Positions 9,560 to 18,314 of a stretch of DNA of 64,000 nt are shown here, piece by piece; position 1 is the first letter of the stretch, and each line of letters opens with the position of its first letter. Below the pieces are notes generated by a model. The model did no database searches, was not told the DNA's origin, and was given only the letters and a program-made list of their open reading frames with translations. Source of the DNA: Candidatus Omnitrophota bacterium (lineage in GTDB: Bacteria > Omnitrophota > Gorgyraeia > Gygaellales > Profunditerraquicolaceae); contig JAZDMX010000017.1 of NCBI GenBank assembly GCA_043800555.1, forward strand, positions 4,068-68,067. The letters are read 5' to 3'. The position numbers and the translations under genes were made by a program.

Positions 9560-10456
9560 TTATCTTTCGAGTTTCAATACTTCCTTTTCTGCCCCGCTAT
9601 TAATAACTACGGAATTAGGCAAAATTCTTTCTATCTTTGCCCAGTCAACCTGATCGCCTGCCTTAACTATCAGCCCGTTAATTATCGCAGTTGAGCTAGC
9701 CCCGCTCTCCCGATAGGCTATACCGGTGACCTTTAGTTTCTTTCTTTTGGTTTTATCCACAACAAATTTAGGCGTAAAAGGGCTGCGCTTAAGGACTCCG
9801 TCATCTGCTCCGGGCTCTTTGGCAGACAAAGATAACTGGCCGCGGTTATTTGAAGCGTAACTTAAAAGAGCGCTTAATCTTAAAGAAACGTTAATCGTCG
9901 AAAGCAAATCATTCTTGGACTGGCCCAGCCTCATTTCATCCATCCTGACAAACGGCGAAATAGACTCTATCCTCTTTATATAGGTAACCGCTTTGCCATA
10001 ATCAGAAGAGAACTCCAAATCTATATAAAGCCTGCCAAACCCTTCTTTATCTTCTTTGACATCTTCTTTAACGGATTCCAGGTCCACGCCCAGGCTTTGA
10101 GCGTTCTTTATAACCTCGGCCAATAGATACTGTTCCTGGGAAGCGCCGATTAGCTTTGATTCAATATCGGAAATATGCAACTTTAACTCTTTAATCTCCC
10201 GCCTTATTGCTTCTATCTCCTGGCTGGCTGTAGCCGAAGAAGGAAGCTGGGAATCAAGAAGCCCAAGCTGATTTTGATTCTCCTGCAGTTTTTTTCTCAT
10301 CTTGCTGATATCGTTTAAGGCCGGCTTTAAAAACAAGGCGAAATAAAATGAAGCGGCCAGCACAAAAACAAAAATGAGGAAAAGCCGCTGTTCACCCTTC
10401 TTCAATTTGCCATACCAATTGTTATAGATCACCGCTAGCTGCTTGATAAGCATCAT
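9560..10456 (-). CDS. pilO: PilO-like alignment subunit with C-terminal GspB/PilP-like extension
   Basis: N-terminal TM helix, coiled coil, ferredoxin-like region, C-terminal LKVTGIAY..STAIING..VKAGD; position after pilN. Confidence 0.7.
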   Translation of the reverse strand: MMLIKQLAVIYNNWYGKLKKGEQRLFLIFVFVLAASFYFALFLKPALNDISKMRKKLQENQNQLGLLDSQLPSSATASQEIEAIRREIKELKLHISDIESKLIGASQEQYLLAEVIKNAQSLGVDLESVKEDVKEDKEGFGRLYIDLEFSSDYGKAVTYIKRIESISPFVRMDEMRLGQSKNDLLSTINVSLRLSALLSYASNNRGQLSLSAKEPGADDGVLKRSPFTPKFVVDKTKRKKLKVTGIAYRESGASSTAIINGLIVKAGDQVDWAKIERILPNSVVINSGAEKEVLKLER

Positions 10457-11097
10457 TCTTTGGCCTTTTTCGCTGCGCCCAAAGGCGACTTTTTTTGATT
10501 CCAGCCGGGTTCGGTAACAATCTGAAAATTATAAATAACGTGTGAATCTATAACCTGCTTTTCCGTAGAAACAAACCGGGTATTCCTAAAATCCTTGCAG
10601 CCGTCAAGCTTATTCATGAAATCGGCGATCAATTGGCTGTTAATCGTTGACCCGGATACCTGGATTTCATTATCATTCATTATAAGGCGGTTTATCCATA
10701 AATCCTGCGGCAGGAGCCCCGCGATAGAGGCAAGCAGCCCGCAATAGCCCCCGCTTCTTGCCACGGTAGAAGACAACAAGTCCAGGCGTTGTTTAAATAG
10801 CGCCTCTTCTTTGATTAAGCCGGATTTTAACTTCTCGGCTTGAAAATCCCGGGTTTGCAATTTCTTAAATTTAGTTTTTGTATCTTCTATCGCCTGTTTT
10901 GTTAAGCCGATGTTAAGCCTATAGCTATTTACCATAAACGCGGGGCCGGCAATTAATAAAAAAATTGGCAAAAACCCAAAAACGATAAGCCTGCTTAACC
11001 GCCTCTTTTTCCCGCCAAGGGCTTTAAACATTTTAGATAACGGCCTATTAAGGGCGTTTTTGGAAATAAGGTTAACCGGCTTTAATTTCAAAATCAA
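10453..11097 (-). CDS. pilN: PilN alignment subunit
   Basis: VNLI PilM-binding motif, TM helix, coiled coil, LPQDLWINRL..IQVSG..IADFMNKL. Confidence 0.82.
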   Translation of the reverse strand: MILKLKPVNLISKNALNRPLSKMFKALGGKKRRLSRLIVFGFLPIFLLIAGPAFMVNSYRLNIGLTKQAIEDTKTKFKKLQTRDFQAEKLKSGLIKEEALFKQRLDLLSSTVARSGGYCGLLASIAGLLPQDLWINRLIMNDNEIQVSGSTINSQLIADFMNKLDGCKDFRNTRFVSTEKQVIDSHVIYNFQIVTEPGWNQKKSPLGAAKKAKE

Positions 11098-12139
11098 TAC
11101 CTCCGTTTATAAATTTTGTTGCCAGCCCTAAAGCCCCGGTAAAGGCTATAGAATTCTGCTGGACAACCGGGTTCAACCCGTTCTCGGAGTGAGAAACAAA
11201 AAAAGCCAAAGGATCAAAGACATTAACCGGGATTTCCAATTTGTCAGCCAGGAATTTATCCAGGTTTTTCAATGCCGCCGCCCCGCCGCACAAAATAAGG
11301 CGCTCGATTTCCGGCGCTTTAGATTTTACAAATTTATGGGAGAAATCTTTAATCGCGTGCTCAATATCAATAAGCATATTTTCCATCTGGCTGGAAAGCG
11401 CCGGGCACTCACCCAGGCCTTCCTCTATCTTTAAGGCTTCTGCCTTTTCCCAATCAAACTGATAGTATCCGGCCAAGATTCCGGTAAAACCGTTACCCGA
11501 GGCACCTAACGGCGTTATAAGATAGGGATGGCCCCCGGATACAATAATTATCGAGGAATTGCTTGCTCCTATTCGCAGCACCAAAACAGTTTCCTTTTCT
11601 GATATATTTTTAGATAAAGACAGGGCTTCAATAACTGCGTAAGGCTGGGGCTCAATAGAAACTAAATCTAAGGATAAGCCCTTAAAGAACTTGGCCATAT
11701 CCAAAACTGTTTTCTTGCTAGTTACAAATACTAAAACATAAATATCCTTATTCCCGGCCTCCTGGGGGCTGGCGCAAACATAATCAAACGATATATCATC
11801 AAATTTTACTCCCGGAGGAAGGTTCTGTTTGATTTTCCAGGTAAGGGCGGGTTCAACTTCGCCTGCGGGCATATCCGGCAAGGTATAGCTATAGGTGTTA
11901 ATCCCGCTCAACGGGATCGAAACCGCTACTTCCCCTTTGACCCGATTCTCTTTTACAAGTTTCTCCAAAGAATCTTCCGGGATAATGGAGACAGGGACGC
12001 CTTTATCGCGCCCAAGGCTGGCATAGTCAGCTTTTAGGATTTTATAACTGGATTTGAATTTGGCTAATTGCAATAGCTTAAGCGAACTTGAACCTATTTC
12101 TATTGCAGTAGGGAAATACTCCGGCTTTAATCGCAACAC
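11072..12139 (-). CDS. pilM: PilM actin-like assembly protein (likely GTG start at 12139 after AGGAGG)
   Basis: AIEIGSSSLKLLQL, VLRIGASNS, LILCGGAAALKNL, ALGLA actin-fold motifs. Confidence 0.88.
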   Translation of the reverse strand: MLRLKPEYFPTAIEIGSSSLKLLQLAKFKSSYKILKADYASLGRDKGVPVSIIPEDSLEKLVKENRVKGEVAVSIPLSGINTYSYTLPDMPAGEVEPALTWKIKQNLPPGVKFDDISFDYVCASPQEAGNKDIYVLVFVTSKKTVLDMAKFFKGLSLDLVSIEPQPYAVIEALSLSKNISEKETVLVLRIGASNSSIIIVSGGHPYLITPLGASGNGFTGILAGYYQFDWEKAEALKIEEGLGECPALSSQMENMLIDIEHAIKDFSHKFVKSKAPEIERLILCGGAAALKNLDKFLADKLEIPVNVFDPLAFFVSHSENGLNPVVQQNSIAFTGALGLATKFINGGIDFEIKAG

Positions 12140-12187
12140 TCTAACCTCCTTTACGGGCAATTTTTCAATGGCCCTGTAAAATTCAAA

Positions 12188-12406
12188 TTATAAGTGCTGC
12201 GCAATAAGCTTGAGAGAATAACCCTCCTGGCGAAGTTTTCTTATCTTGGAAAAACTTTTGAGAATACCTGATCTGCTATACAACCTCATATTGCCTTTTC
12301 TTCCCTCGGCCCGGAACAGCCCTATGTTAGTGTAATAATTGACTGTGGCCATAGAGATCCCCAACAGGGAAGCGATCTCCTTTGGTGACAAATACTTTCC
12401 ACTCAT
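12188..12406 (-). CDS. Small MerR/BldC-like helix-turn-helix regulator heading the pilMNOQ operon
   Basis: YLSPKEIASLLGISMATVNYYTNIGLF..GNMRLY..GYSLKLI; only 72 aa, no effector domain. Confidence 0.8.
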   Translation of the reverse strand: MSGKYLSPKEIASLLGISMATVNYYTNIGLFRAEGRKGNMRLYSRSGILKSFSKIRKLRQEGYSLKLIAQHL

Positions 12407-12460
12407 AACAGCCTCCTTTTTTATGTTATCTTAATACCTGCTTTTCCTAGTATTTATATT

Positions 12461-12519
12461 GCTTTAACTAACATATATTAACTTTAACTATATATAATAC
12501 AAATACAGGCATTTGTCAA
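12461..12519 (-). promoter_or_regulatory. Putative sigma70 promoter of the merR-pil operon with a tandem direct repeat
   Basis: TTGACA (12519-12514)-N17-TATATA; ctttaacta occurs at 12462 and 12482. Confidence 0.5.
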
Positions 12520-12533
12520 GAGAAATTGGGCCC

Positions 12534-12602
12534 GGAAAAAGGGGGACGTTTCTACTTTTCCGGCGCCAGATCCGGGAAAAGTAGAAACGTCCCCCTTTTT
12601 CC
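12534..12602. repeat. REP-like palindrome copy 7, just downstream of the RAYT gene
   Basis: ggaaaaagggggacgtttctactttt-ccggcgccagatccggg-aaaagtagaaacgtccccctttttcc. Confidence 0.97.
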
Positions 12603-12613
12603 AGGCCCCTTTT

Positions 12614-13282
12614 TTAACCCCTCGGCCTTCCTATTTTTTTGTTAAAGTTATTTATTTGATAGAACTCTGATAACCCGCGGACAAACGCCTCGCTGCCGAT
12701 GAAAAACTGTTTAGAAATAACCTCTGAATTCACTATGCTGCTATCTACTACAAATTCTATATATAGTTTCGCTCTAGCCTGGAGAGAGCCGGAAAGGCTG
12801 CAATACGCCGGGCTATCGGAAATTACGGCATTTGGCAAACCAAGCGCATAATAACAGTAGCTGCTGAAGCGATACCTTTCAGGCGCTTTAACCAGCCCGG
12901 ACCTTACCGGATTAAGCTCAATATACTTCCCGCATTGCAAAAGATACGAATCGGTATCAATAATATTGCTTTTATACCTGCCCTGCCAGATATGCCCGCT
13001 GTAACCATAAGTCCTTTTGTAATAATTAAAATATAAGAGATTGAGTTGTTTCATAAACTTGGGCAAGTTACTTGTAGCATCCAGCCAAACAATCAAATGG
13101 CTATGGTTACTCATGATACAATAGTGGAATATACTGATATTATTCTCTTTTCTAAGGTTTTTTAGCAGTTCCCAATAGGCATGCTTGTCTTCATCGCACC
13201 TAAAGATACACTGCTGGTTATTTCCTCTAGTCATAATATGCAAAGCCCCATTCCGGGGGATAAGCCTTCTTGTCCTGGGCAT
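12614..13282 (-). mobile_element. REP-associated tyrosine transposase (RAYT/TnpA-REP, Y1 HUH family)
   Basis: MPR..R, HIMTRGNN..IF, YCIMSNHSHL (HUH), GHIWQGRYKS, YIELNPVRSGLV (catalytic Tyr and NP motif), YRFSSY; flanked by palindromes on both sides; no tnpB. Confidence 0.88.
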
Positions 13283-13354
13283 AATAATACCTCCTTTCGC
13301 GCTCTTATACTAATTGACGCAAAAGAAGGCAGAATCTAACTAAAAAAGAGGAAA

Positions 13355-13448
13355 AAATTGGGGACGCGAAATTGGGGACGCGAAATTGGGGACGTTTCTA
13401 CTTTTCTGGCTTTAGGTTCTAGAAAAGTAGAAACGTCCCCAATTTCGC
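13355..13448. repeat. REP-like palindrome copy 8, upstream of RAYT, with tandemly duplicated arm ends
   Basis: (aaattggggacgcg)x2 then aaattggggacgtttctactttt-ctggctttaggttctag-aaaagtagaaacgtccccaatttcgc. Confidence 0.97.
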
Positions 13449-13461
13449 CCAATTCCGCGTC

Positions 13462-13650
13462 CTAGTGGGTAACAACGTGAAGATAGGCAGCCGGCTTATC
13501 ATCGGGCTTGGAAGTTATACAATCATCAAGCCTGAAAGTCTCGGCCTCAACCATCTTTGGCTGCAGGTTAATAAAGGTATTTATAACTAACATAATTGCG
13601 ATCAAAAATAATAGAATGTCCCTGATTTCTAATTCTCTCTTAATCATCAT
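13462..13650 (-). CDS. Small membrane-anchored hypothetical protein
   Basis: AGGAGG RBS and a single TM helix (DILLFLIAIMLVINTFI); lies between copies 8 and 9. Confidence 0.6.
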   Translation of the reverse strand: MMIKRELEIRDILLFLIAIMLVINTFINLQPKMVEAETFRLDDCITSKPDDKPAAYLHVVTH

Positions 13651-13676
13651 CAACCTCCTATTAAAAGAAAAGCGAA

Positions 13677-13756
13677 GGAGGCAAAAAAAGGGGACGTTTC
13701 TACTTCTCTAACAATCAAGCCCGGGAAAAGTAGGAACGTCCCCTTTTTTTGCCTCC
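13677..13756. repeat. REP-like palindrome copy 9 (degenerate), intergenic after pilB
   Basis: ggaggcaaaaaaaggggacgtttctacttct-N18-aaaagtaggaacgtcccctttttttgcctcc. Confidence 0.92.
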
Positions 13757-13764
13757 CCCTTTGC

Positions 13765-15435
13765 TTATCCTTCATGGGTAACCCGCAGGACCTCGGAAAC
13801 ACTGGTAATCCCTTTAAGCAGCTTATCGATACCGTCTTCATACATTGTCTTCATTCCTTTGCGGATGGCAGCATCCCTAATTTCTCCGGCGGAAGACTTT
13901 TTCTCAATCAATCTCTTAATGTCGTCATCCGGCACGAGCATTTCAAAAATCCCTATCCTCCCCGAGTATCCGGAATTCCGGCACTCCTGGCAACCCTTTT
14001 CCCGGTAGAACCTGATAGGGCCGGGCCCTGCCTTGACACTCAACTCATCCAACAACTCCTTGGCGGGAGAATAGGCTTCTTTGCAGCGCGGGCATAATAC
14101 CCTCAACAGGCGCTGCGCGACCACGCAGATTAACGCCGAAGAAACCAAAAACGGCTCGGTCTCCATATCGATTAACCTGGTGGCTGCCGAAGGCGCATCA
14201 TTAGTATGAAGAGTGGAAAAAACCAAATGCCCGGTTAAAGCCGCATGGATGGCAATCTCGGCAGTTTCGTGGTCACGCACCTCGCCAATCATAATTACGT
14301 CGGGGTCCTGCCGGACAAGAGAACGCAGGCCCACGGCAAAAGTAAGGCCGGCCTTGACATTTACCTGCGACTGGCGCACCCGGTCGATCTCATATTCAAT
14401 CGGATCTTCCATGGTAACTATGTTTTGCTCGGTGCTATTAATATCAAGCATAACGGCATAAAGAGTGGTGCTTTTGCCGGAGCCGGTCGGCCCGGTAACC
14501 AAAATAATCCCGTGCGGCTTACGGATTATCTCCTTGAATGCCTCCAATGCCCCATCCGGCATCCCTAAATCTTTCAGCCGGATAAGCGAGCGAGTCTTAT
14601 CCAAAATCCTGATAACCAGGTTTTCGCCATACATCGTAGGAAAGGTTGAAACGCGCAAATCAACGCTCCTTCCCGCCGCAACTGTCTGAATGCGCCCATC
14701 CTGCGGAAGCCGTTTCTCTGAAATATCCATATTAGACATTATCTTGATCCGGGAAATTATTGCCGCTTCGTATCTTTTGGCAAGTTTTGGCATGTCATGA
14801 AGGACCCCGTCCATCCTGAAACGGCAATAAAAATCTTCTTTTTCGGGCTCAAGGTGTATGTCGCTTGCCCCCAATTCAACCGCCTTGGCGATTAAATTAT
14901 CCACAATGCTTACCACCGGAGCAAGGCTGGCAATCTGCACGGAATCCATACCCGTCAAATTGACAACTTCCGCCTCTTTATCCTGCCCCGCCTTAAGCGC
15001 GGAAAAACTTTCTTTACGGTATTCCCTGTTAATATTATCGAAAACTTGCGACGGCCGGGCAAAAACCAGGCGCACCGGCTCCTTAATCGCTTTGCGGATT
15101 TCATCTGTAGATTTTTCATCCAAAGGGCTGGCCAAAGCCACTGTAACAGCGGTAGCGCTCTTAAAAATCGGCAATGCCGAATATTTCCTGATTATCTCTT
15201 CGGGCAACAGCCTAATGACCGCCGGCTCTAACTTGTATCTTGACAGGTCCACGCAGGCAAAACCCAGCTGTTCGCTTAACGCCAGAGTTACCTGCTCCTC
15301 GTTAGCGTAGCCTTTTTTGATCAGGATCTCGCTTAAGCTCCTGCCGGAACTCTCTTGCTCTGCCAAAGCTTCATCAAGCTGGCTGCTTGTGGTGATATTT
15401 TTGGTAACTAATAATTCGCCCATCCTTTTCGTCAT
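13765..15435 (-). CDS. pilB: Pilus assembly ATPase PilB/GspE with N-terminal MshEN domain
   Basis: ASDIHLEP, RLPQDGR, Walker A GPTGSGKST, LVRQDPDVIMIGEVRD, TGHLVFSTLH, CxxC..CxxC zinc site. Confidence 0.93.
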   Translation of the reverse strand: MTKRMGELLVTKNITTSSQLDEALAEQESSGRSLSEILIKKGYANEEQVTLALSEQLGFACVDLSRYKLEPAVIRLLPEEIIRKYSALPIFKSATAVTVALASPLDEKSTDEIRKAIKEPVRLVFARPSQVFDNINREYRKESFSALKAGQDKEAEVVNLTGMDSVQIASLAPVVSIVDNLIAKAVELGASDIHLEPEKEDFYCRFRMDGVLHDMPKLAKRYEAAIISRIKIMSNMDISEKRLPQDGRIQTVAAGRSVDLRVSTFPTMYGENLVIRILDKTRSLIRLKDLGMPDGALEAFKEIIRKPHGIILVTGPTGSGKSTTLYAVMLDINSTEQNIVTMEDPIEYEIDRVRQSQVNVKAGLTFAVGLRSLVRQDPDVIMIGEVRDHETAEIAIHAALTGHLVFSTLHTNDAPSAATRLIDMETEPFLVSSALICVVAQRLLRVLCPRCKEAYSPAKELLDELSVKAGPGPIRFYREKGCQECRNSGYSGRIGIFEMLVPDDDIKRLIEKKSSAGEIRDAAIRKGMKTMYEDGIDKLLKGITSVSEVLRVTHEG

Positions 15436-15462
15436 TATATTTTTACCCCCCAGAAAAACGGG

Positions 15463-15528
15463 GAAATCGGGGACGTTTCTACTTTTCGGGGCCCGAAAGC
15501 CGGAAAAAGTAGAAACGTCCCCGATTTC
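15463..15528. repeat. REP-like palindrome copy 10, intergenic
   Basis: gaaatcggggacgtttctactttt-N18-aaaagtagaaacgtccccgatttc. Confidence 0.95.
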
Positions 15529-15533
15529 TCTCT

Positions 15534-17879
15534 CTATTTATTCTTCAATTCTCTCCACATAAGCTGATTAATGCCTGTCTTACCTGCCCTGCCAAAAGTG
15601 ATTGCCCCTTTTCTGGTTTTTATCTTATACGATGACGACACCAGGATAGTAACCGTTTCCGCCTCTGAATCGGTTACGGAAAGCGTGATCTTTCCATTGG
15701 TGAATCTGGCGGAAGTAGCTGCCAGCGAAGCGCTGCCGTTATCCGAATCCTCAACCGCCTCTACATTTACCGTCAGGCCGCTCTCCGAAGTAATGACGTT
15801 GCCTTCATCATCCACTATCTGGATAGTGACCTCGCCGGTCCCGACAGGCGAGGTAGTGTCAATTACTTCGATAGTGGCGTTTTTCACCGTAATTTTGGAC
15901 GACTCAACGCTCAAAGAGCCTTTTTGAGACTGGGCAACCACGGTATAACTGCCTGCCTGAGCTGGAACAGCTGAAAATGTATGCGCGCCCGCATCTGCGC
16001 CGGTAAAAGTGTACGGCCCCGGCAGGGCCAATCCAATACCCGAGGACAATTCAACAGCTCCGGGGTAATTCGGTATGGGTCCCCCCAGCGCGTCTAAAAC
16101 TTTCACCACCATCTCAATCGGCTCGCCGATATAGAAGAAATCTCGCTCACTGTTGGCGGGAATTACGCTGATTGACATACTCTTGGGTAAAAATACGATG
16201 TCGGGGCTAATCCCGGATTTTGCCGGATCAACCGAATCTTCGGCCTTAAGTTTTATCGTGCCGTAAAGATTATAAGATACATCTGCTTTGGCAATTCCGC
16301 TAAGGAAACTGCTTGCCGCTATCACGGAAGGAGAAAACGATGCCTTAGGAATACTAAGAGGCGTAACCGCTAACGGCAATAAATTAACAGCGCTATTATA
16401 ATTCGGGGTTATTAAGCCCGCGGCATTTAAAGCGGTAACGCTAACCTTAAATGGATTTGAAACAATTTGCGGGCTCTCGGCCGAAACAATAAAGCTTGCC
16501 GGCAGGAATAAAATCTGGCTGCTTGCGCCTGTTTGATCCGAATCTTCGCTATCGGTTGCCGTAATCGTAACCAGGCCGCAATCAGGATATTTCGCCGTGG
16601 TAACCTTAAGGACGCCCTTGACGAAACCCGACACGTTATCAGGCAATATGGGAAAACTACCCTTAGCCGGAGAAATATAATCTAGCGACAGGTTCACGGC
16701 GCCGCCGTAAGATTCATCGGTATTGGCCTTCTCATCCTTGGCGGTAATTATTATATCAAAACTTTGGCCGGCGACCTGCGGCGTAGCGGCTTCAACGGCA
16801 AAACGCGCAAACTTATTCACTATCTCAAATTCCTGCAGGGCGTCGAGATAACCCCGGTCCGGATACTCCCTTACGTTAATTACGGGCCTGCCGGAAGCGG
16901 TATCTTTATAATAAAAGGTTACCTGTTGGGCTGATTTCGGAATAATAATCTGCTCTTGGCTTACCCAGGGGTCCTTATTCAGAGAAAAACTTCCGCTAGT
17001 GGAAGTAGATTTTAGCTCTAAAGTTATATCTGTCGCCGCTGTCTGGGGCGCGGAATCGGAATCCTGCAGTTGAAGGACAATCGGCCCCGAAACCTGGCCC
17101 TGCATTAACTTCTGGGGCGCGCTAATTATCTGCAAACGGTAAATGTAGCTGACTTCTATATCGTCGACATAAGCATTACTCTGCCCGGAAGCCGAATAAG
17201 TGCCGTAAAACTTAAGGTCGCTTAAAGAATTTATGGTATTATCGATAAATCCCAGGTTGGTTTCCAGCGGGCTAAACCCTATATCCGAATTGGGATCGAC
17301 AAAATAAAGATCGTAGGTATGGTTAATGAAATCGAGTTTCATGGACACATCGTACCACTGCCCGGTTACATAGGTAGCTCCGGTATCCACCCAGGAGGAG
17401 CCGTCAGCAACCAGGACATTGCCGGTGAAATCAAAACAAACAGCCCCGACTCCGGATGAGGGCACGCTGGGGGTTTGATTGGAAATCGAAGGACGGATTT
17501 TAAAACGAATCCAGGTAGGCGTATGCCCGCCATATGCAAAAGGCCGGTCCACCACGGGAACGTTGAGCGCCCCAATGAGCTCCACTGAATTGCCTGTTCC
17601 GCCGGGAGTTACTTTAGACTGCGCGATCGCGTTATTTTCCGAACCGCTAAAAACATTCCAGTAATCTGTGCCGTCAATGGTTGCCCCGTCGATAAAATTG
17701 CTGAAATCCTGGAAATATGTGTCAAGGGTAGCTGACTGCGGCAAGCCGCAAAAAGCCTCCGGCGCCCCGCATATTAAGAAAAATATAATAAGTATTGCGC
17801 GGGATAAAAAAAAGGGGGACGTTTCTACTTTTCTGGAAGCTAAAGCCGGAAAAGTAGAAACGTCCCCCTTTTTTCTCAT
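15534..17879 (-). CDS. Secreted multi-Ig-like/lectin-like surface protein (781 aa)
   Basis: Signal peptide after MRKKGDVSTF..KVETSPFF; repeated beta-sandwich segments (VAGQSFDIIITAKD, PFKVSVTALNAAG, YTFTGADAGAHTF). Confidence 0.7.
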   Translation of the reverse strand: MRKKGDVSTFPALASRKVETSPFFLSRAILIIFFLICGAPEAFCGLPQSATLDTYFQDFSNFIDGATIDGTDYWNVFSGSENNAIAQSKVTPGGTGNSVELIGALNVPVVDRPFAYGGHTPTWIRFKIRPSISNQTPSVPSSGVGAVCFDFTGNVLVADGSSWVDTGATYVTGQWYDVSMKLDFINHTYDLYFVDPNSDIGFSPLETNLGFIDNTINSLSDLKFYGTYSASGQSNAYVDDIEVSYIYRLQIISAPQKLMQGQVSGPIVLQLQDSDSAPQTAATDITLELKSTSTSGSFSLNKDPWVSQEQIIIPKSAQQVTFYYKDTASGRPVINVREYPDRGYLDALQEFEIVNKFARFAVEAATPQVAGQSFDIIITAKDEKANTDESYGGAVNLSLDYISPAKGSFPILPDNVSGFVKGVLKVTTAKYPDCGLVTITATDSEDSDQTGASSQILFLPASFIVSAESPQIVSNPFKVSVTALNAAGLITPNYNSAVNLLPLAVTPLSIPKASFSPSVIAASSFLSGIAKADVSYNLYGTIKLKAEDSVDPAKSGISPDIVFLPKSMSISVIPANSERDFFYIGEPIEMVVKVLDALGGPIPNYPGAVELSSGIGLALPGPYTFTGADAGAHTFSAVPAQAGSYTVVAQSQKGSLSVESSKITVKNATIEVIDTTSPVGTGEVTIQIVDDEGNVITSESGLTVNVEAVEDSDNGSASLAATSARFTNGKITLSVTDSEAETVTILVSSSYKIKTRKGAITFGRAGKTGINQLMWRELKNK
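17806..17874. repeat. REP-like palindrome copy 11, in-frame from codon 3 of the 781-aa gene
   Basis: aaaaaagggggacgtttctactttt-ctggaagctaaagccgg-aaaagtagaaacgtccccctttttt. Confidence 0.97.
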
Positions 17880-18229
17880 TTCTTTGCCGGCTTCGCCGGC
17901 TGTTCTACAATTTTCCCCAATTTATCATCGTAGCGGTAAAGCCCTTTGCGGAATTTCTCTACATCAAGCTTATACTGGTCGGCGAAAACCGCCTCCAAAT
18001 TACGCAGCTTCGCCACTTCTTCGTTAAGTATCTGTTGCAGGATAGCTACCCGTAAATCCTGATTACGCAGGCCATTAATATTAGCGATAAGGACATCTTT
18101 TTCCTGCTTGGCCTTATCTGCCGAAGGAAACTGGTTTCCTTCTTTTGCCGGCTGGTCTTTCGCTAGAAGCAGCGCCGGGCTAGCGCATACAGAAACCAAT
18201 ACCAACGCTACGAGCATCCACTTTTTCAT
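17876..18229 (-). CDS. Secreted coiled-coil hypothetical protein
   Basis: GAGGAG RBS, MKKWMLVALVLVSV signal peptide, helical body. Confidence 0.65.
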   Translation of the reverse strand: MKKWMLVALVLVSVCASPALLLAKDQPAKEGNQFPSADKAKQEKDVLIANINGLRNQDLRVAILQQILNEEVAKLRNLEAVFADQYKLDVEKFRKGLYRYDDKLGKIVEQPAKPAKK

Positions 18230-18314
18230 CTCTCCTCCTCTGTGCAAATTACGGGCATTGGGTTGCAGGGCCCTCCACCCGCAAACCGTATCCCTTAATT
18301 AGTTTTTCTAATGC

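Noticed and set aside
12614-13282. IS200/IS605 insertion sequence
   Set aside because: Length (222 aa), RGNN, NPVR and SSY motifs, absence of tnpB and many dispersed cognate palindromes fit RAYT better than IS200 TnpA.
13650-13841. 63-aa ORF across copy 9, and ORF 27773-28006 across copy 13
   Set aside because: They overlap real genes out of frame or antisense and run through intergenic repeats; no support for translation.
2702-18027. Plus-strand ORFs containing KGDVSTF..KVETSP (2702, 3215, 4615, 5988, 7171, 17668)
   Set aside because: Antisense shadows; the palindrome encodes the same peptide on both strands and the real genes are on the minus strand.
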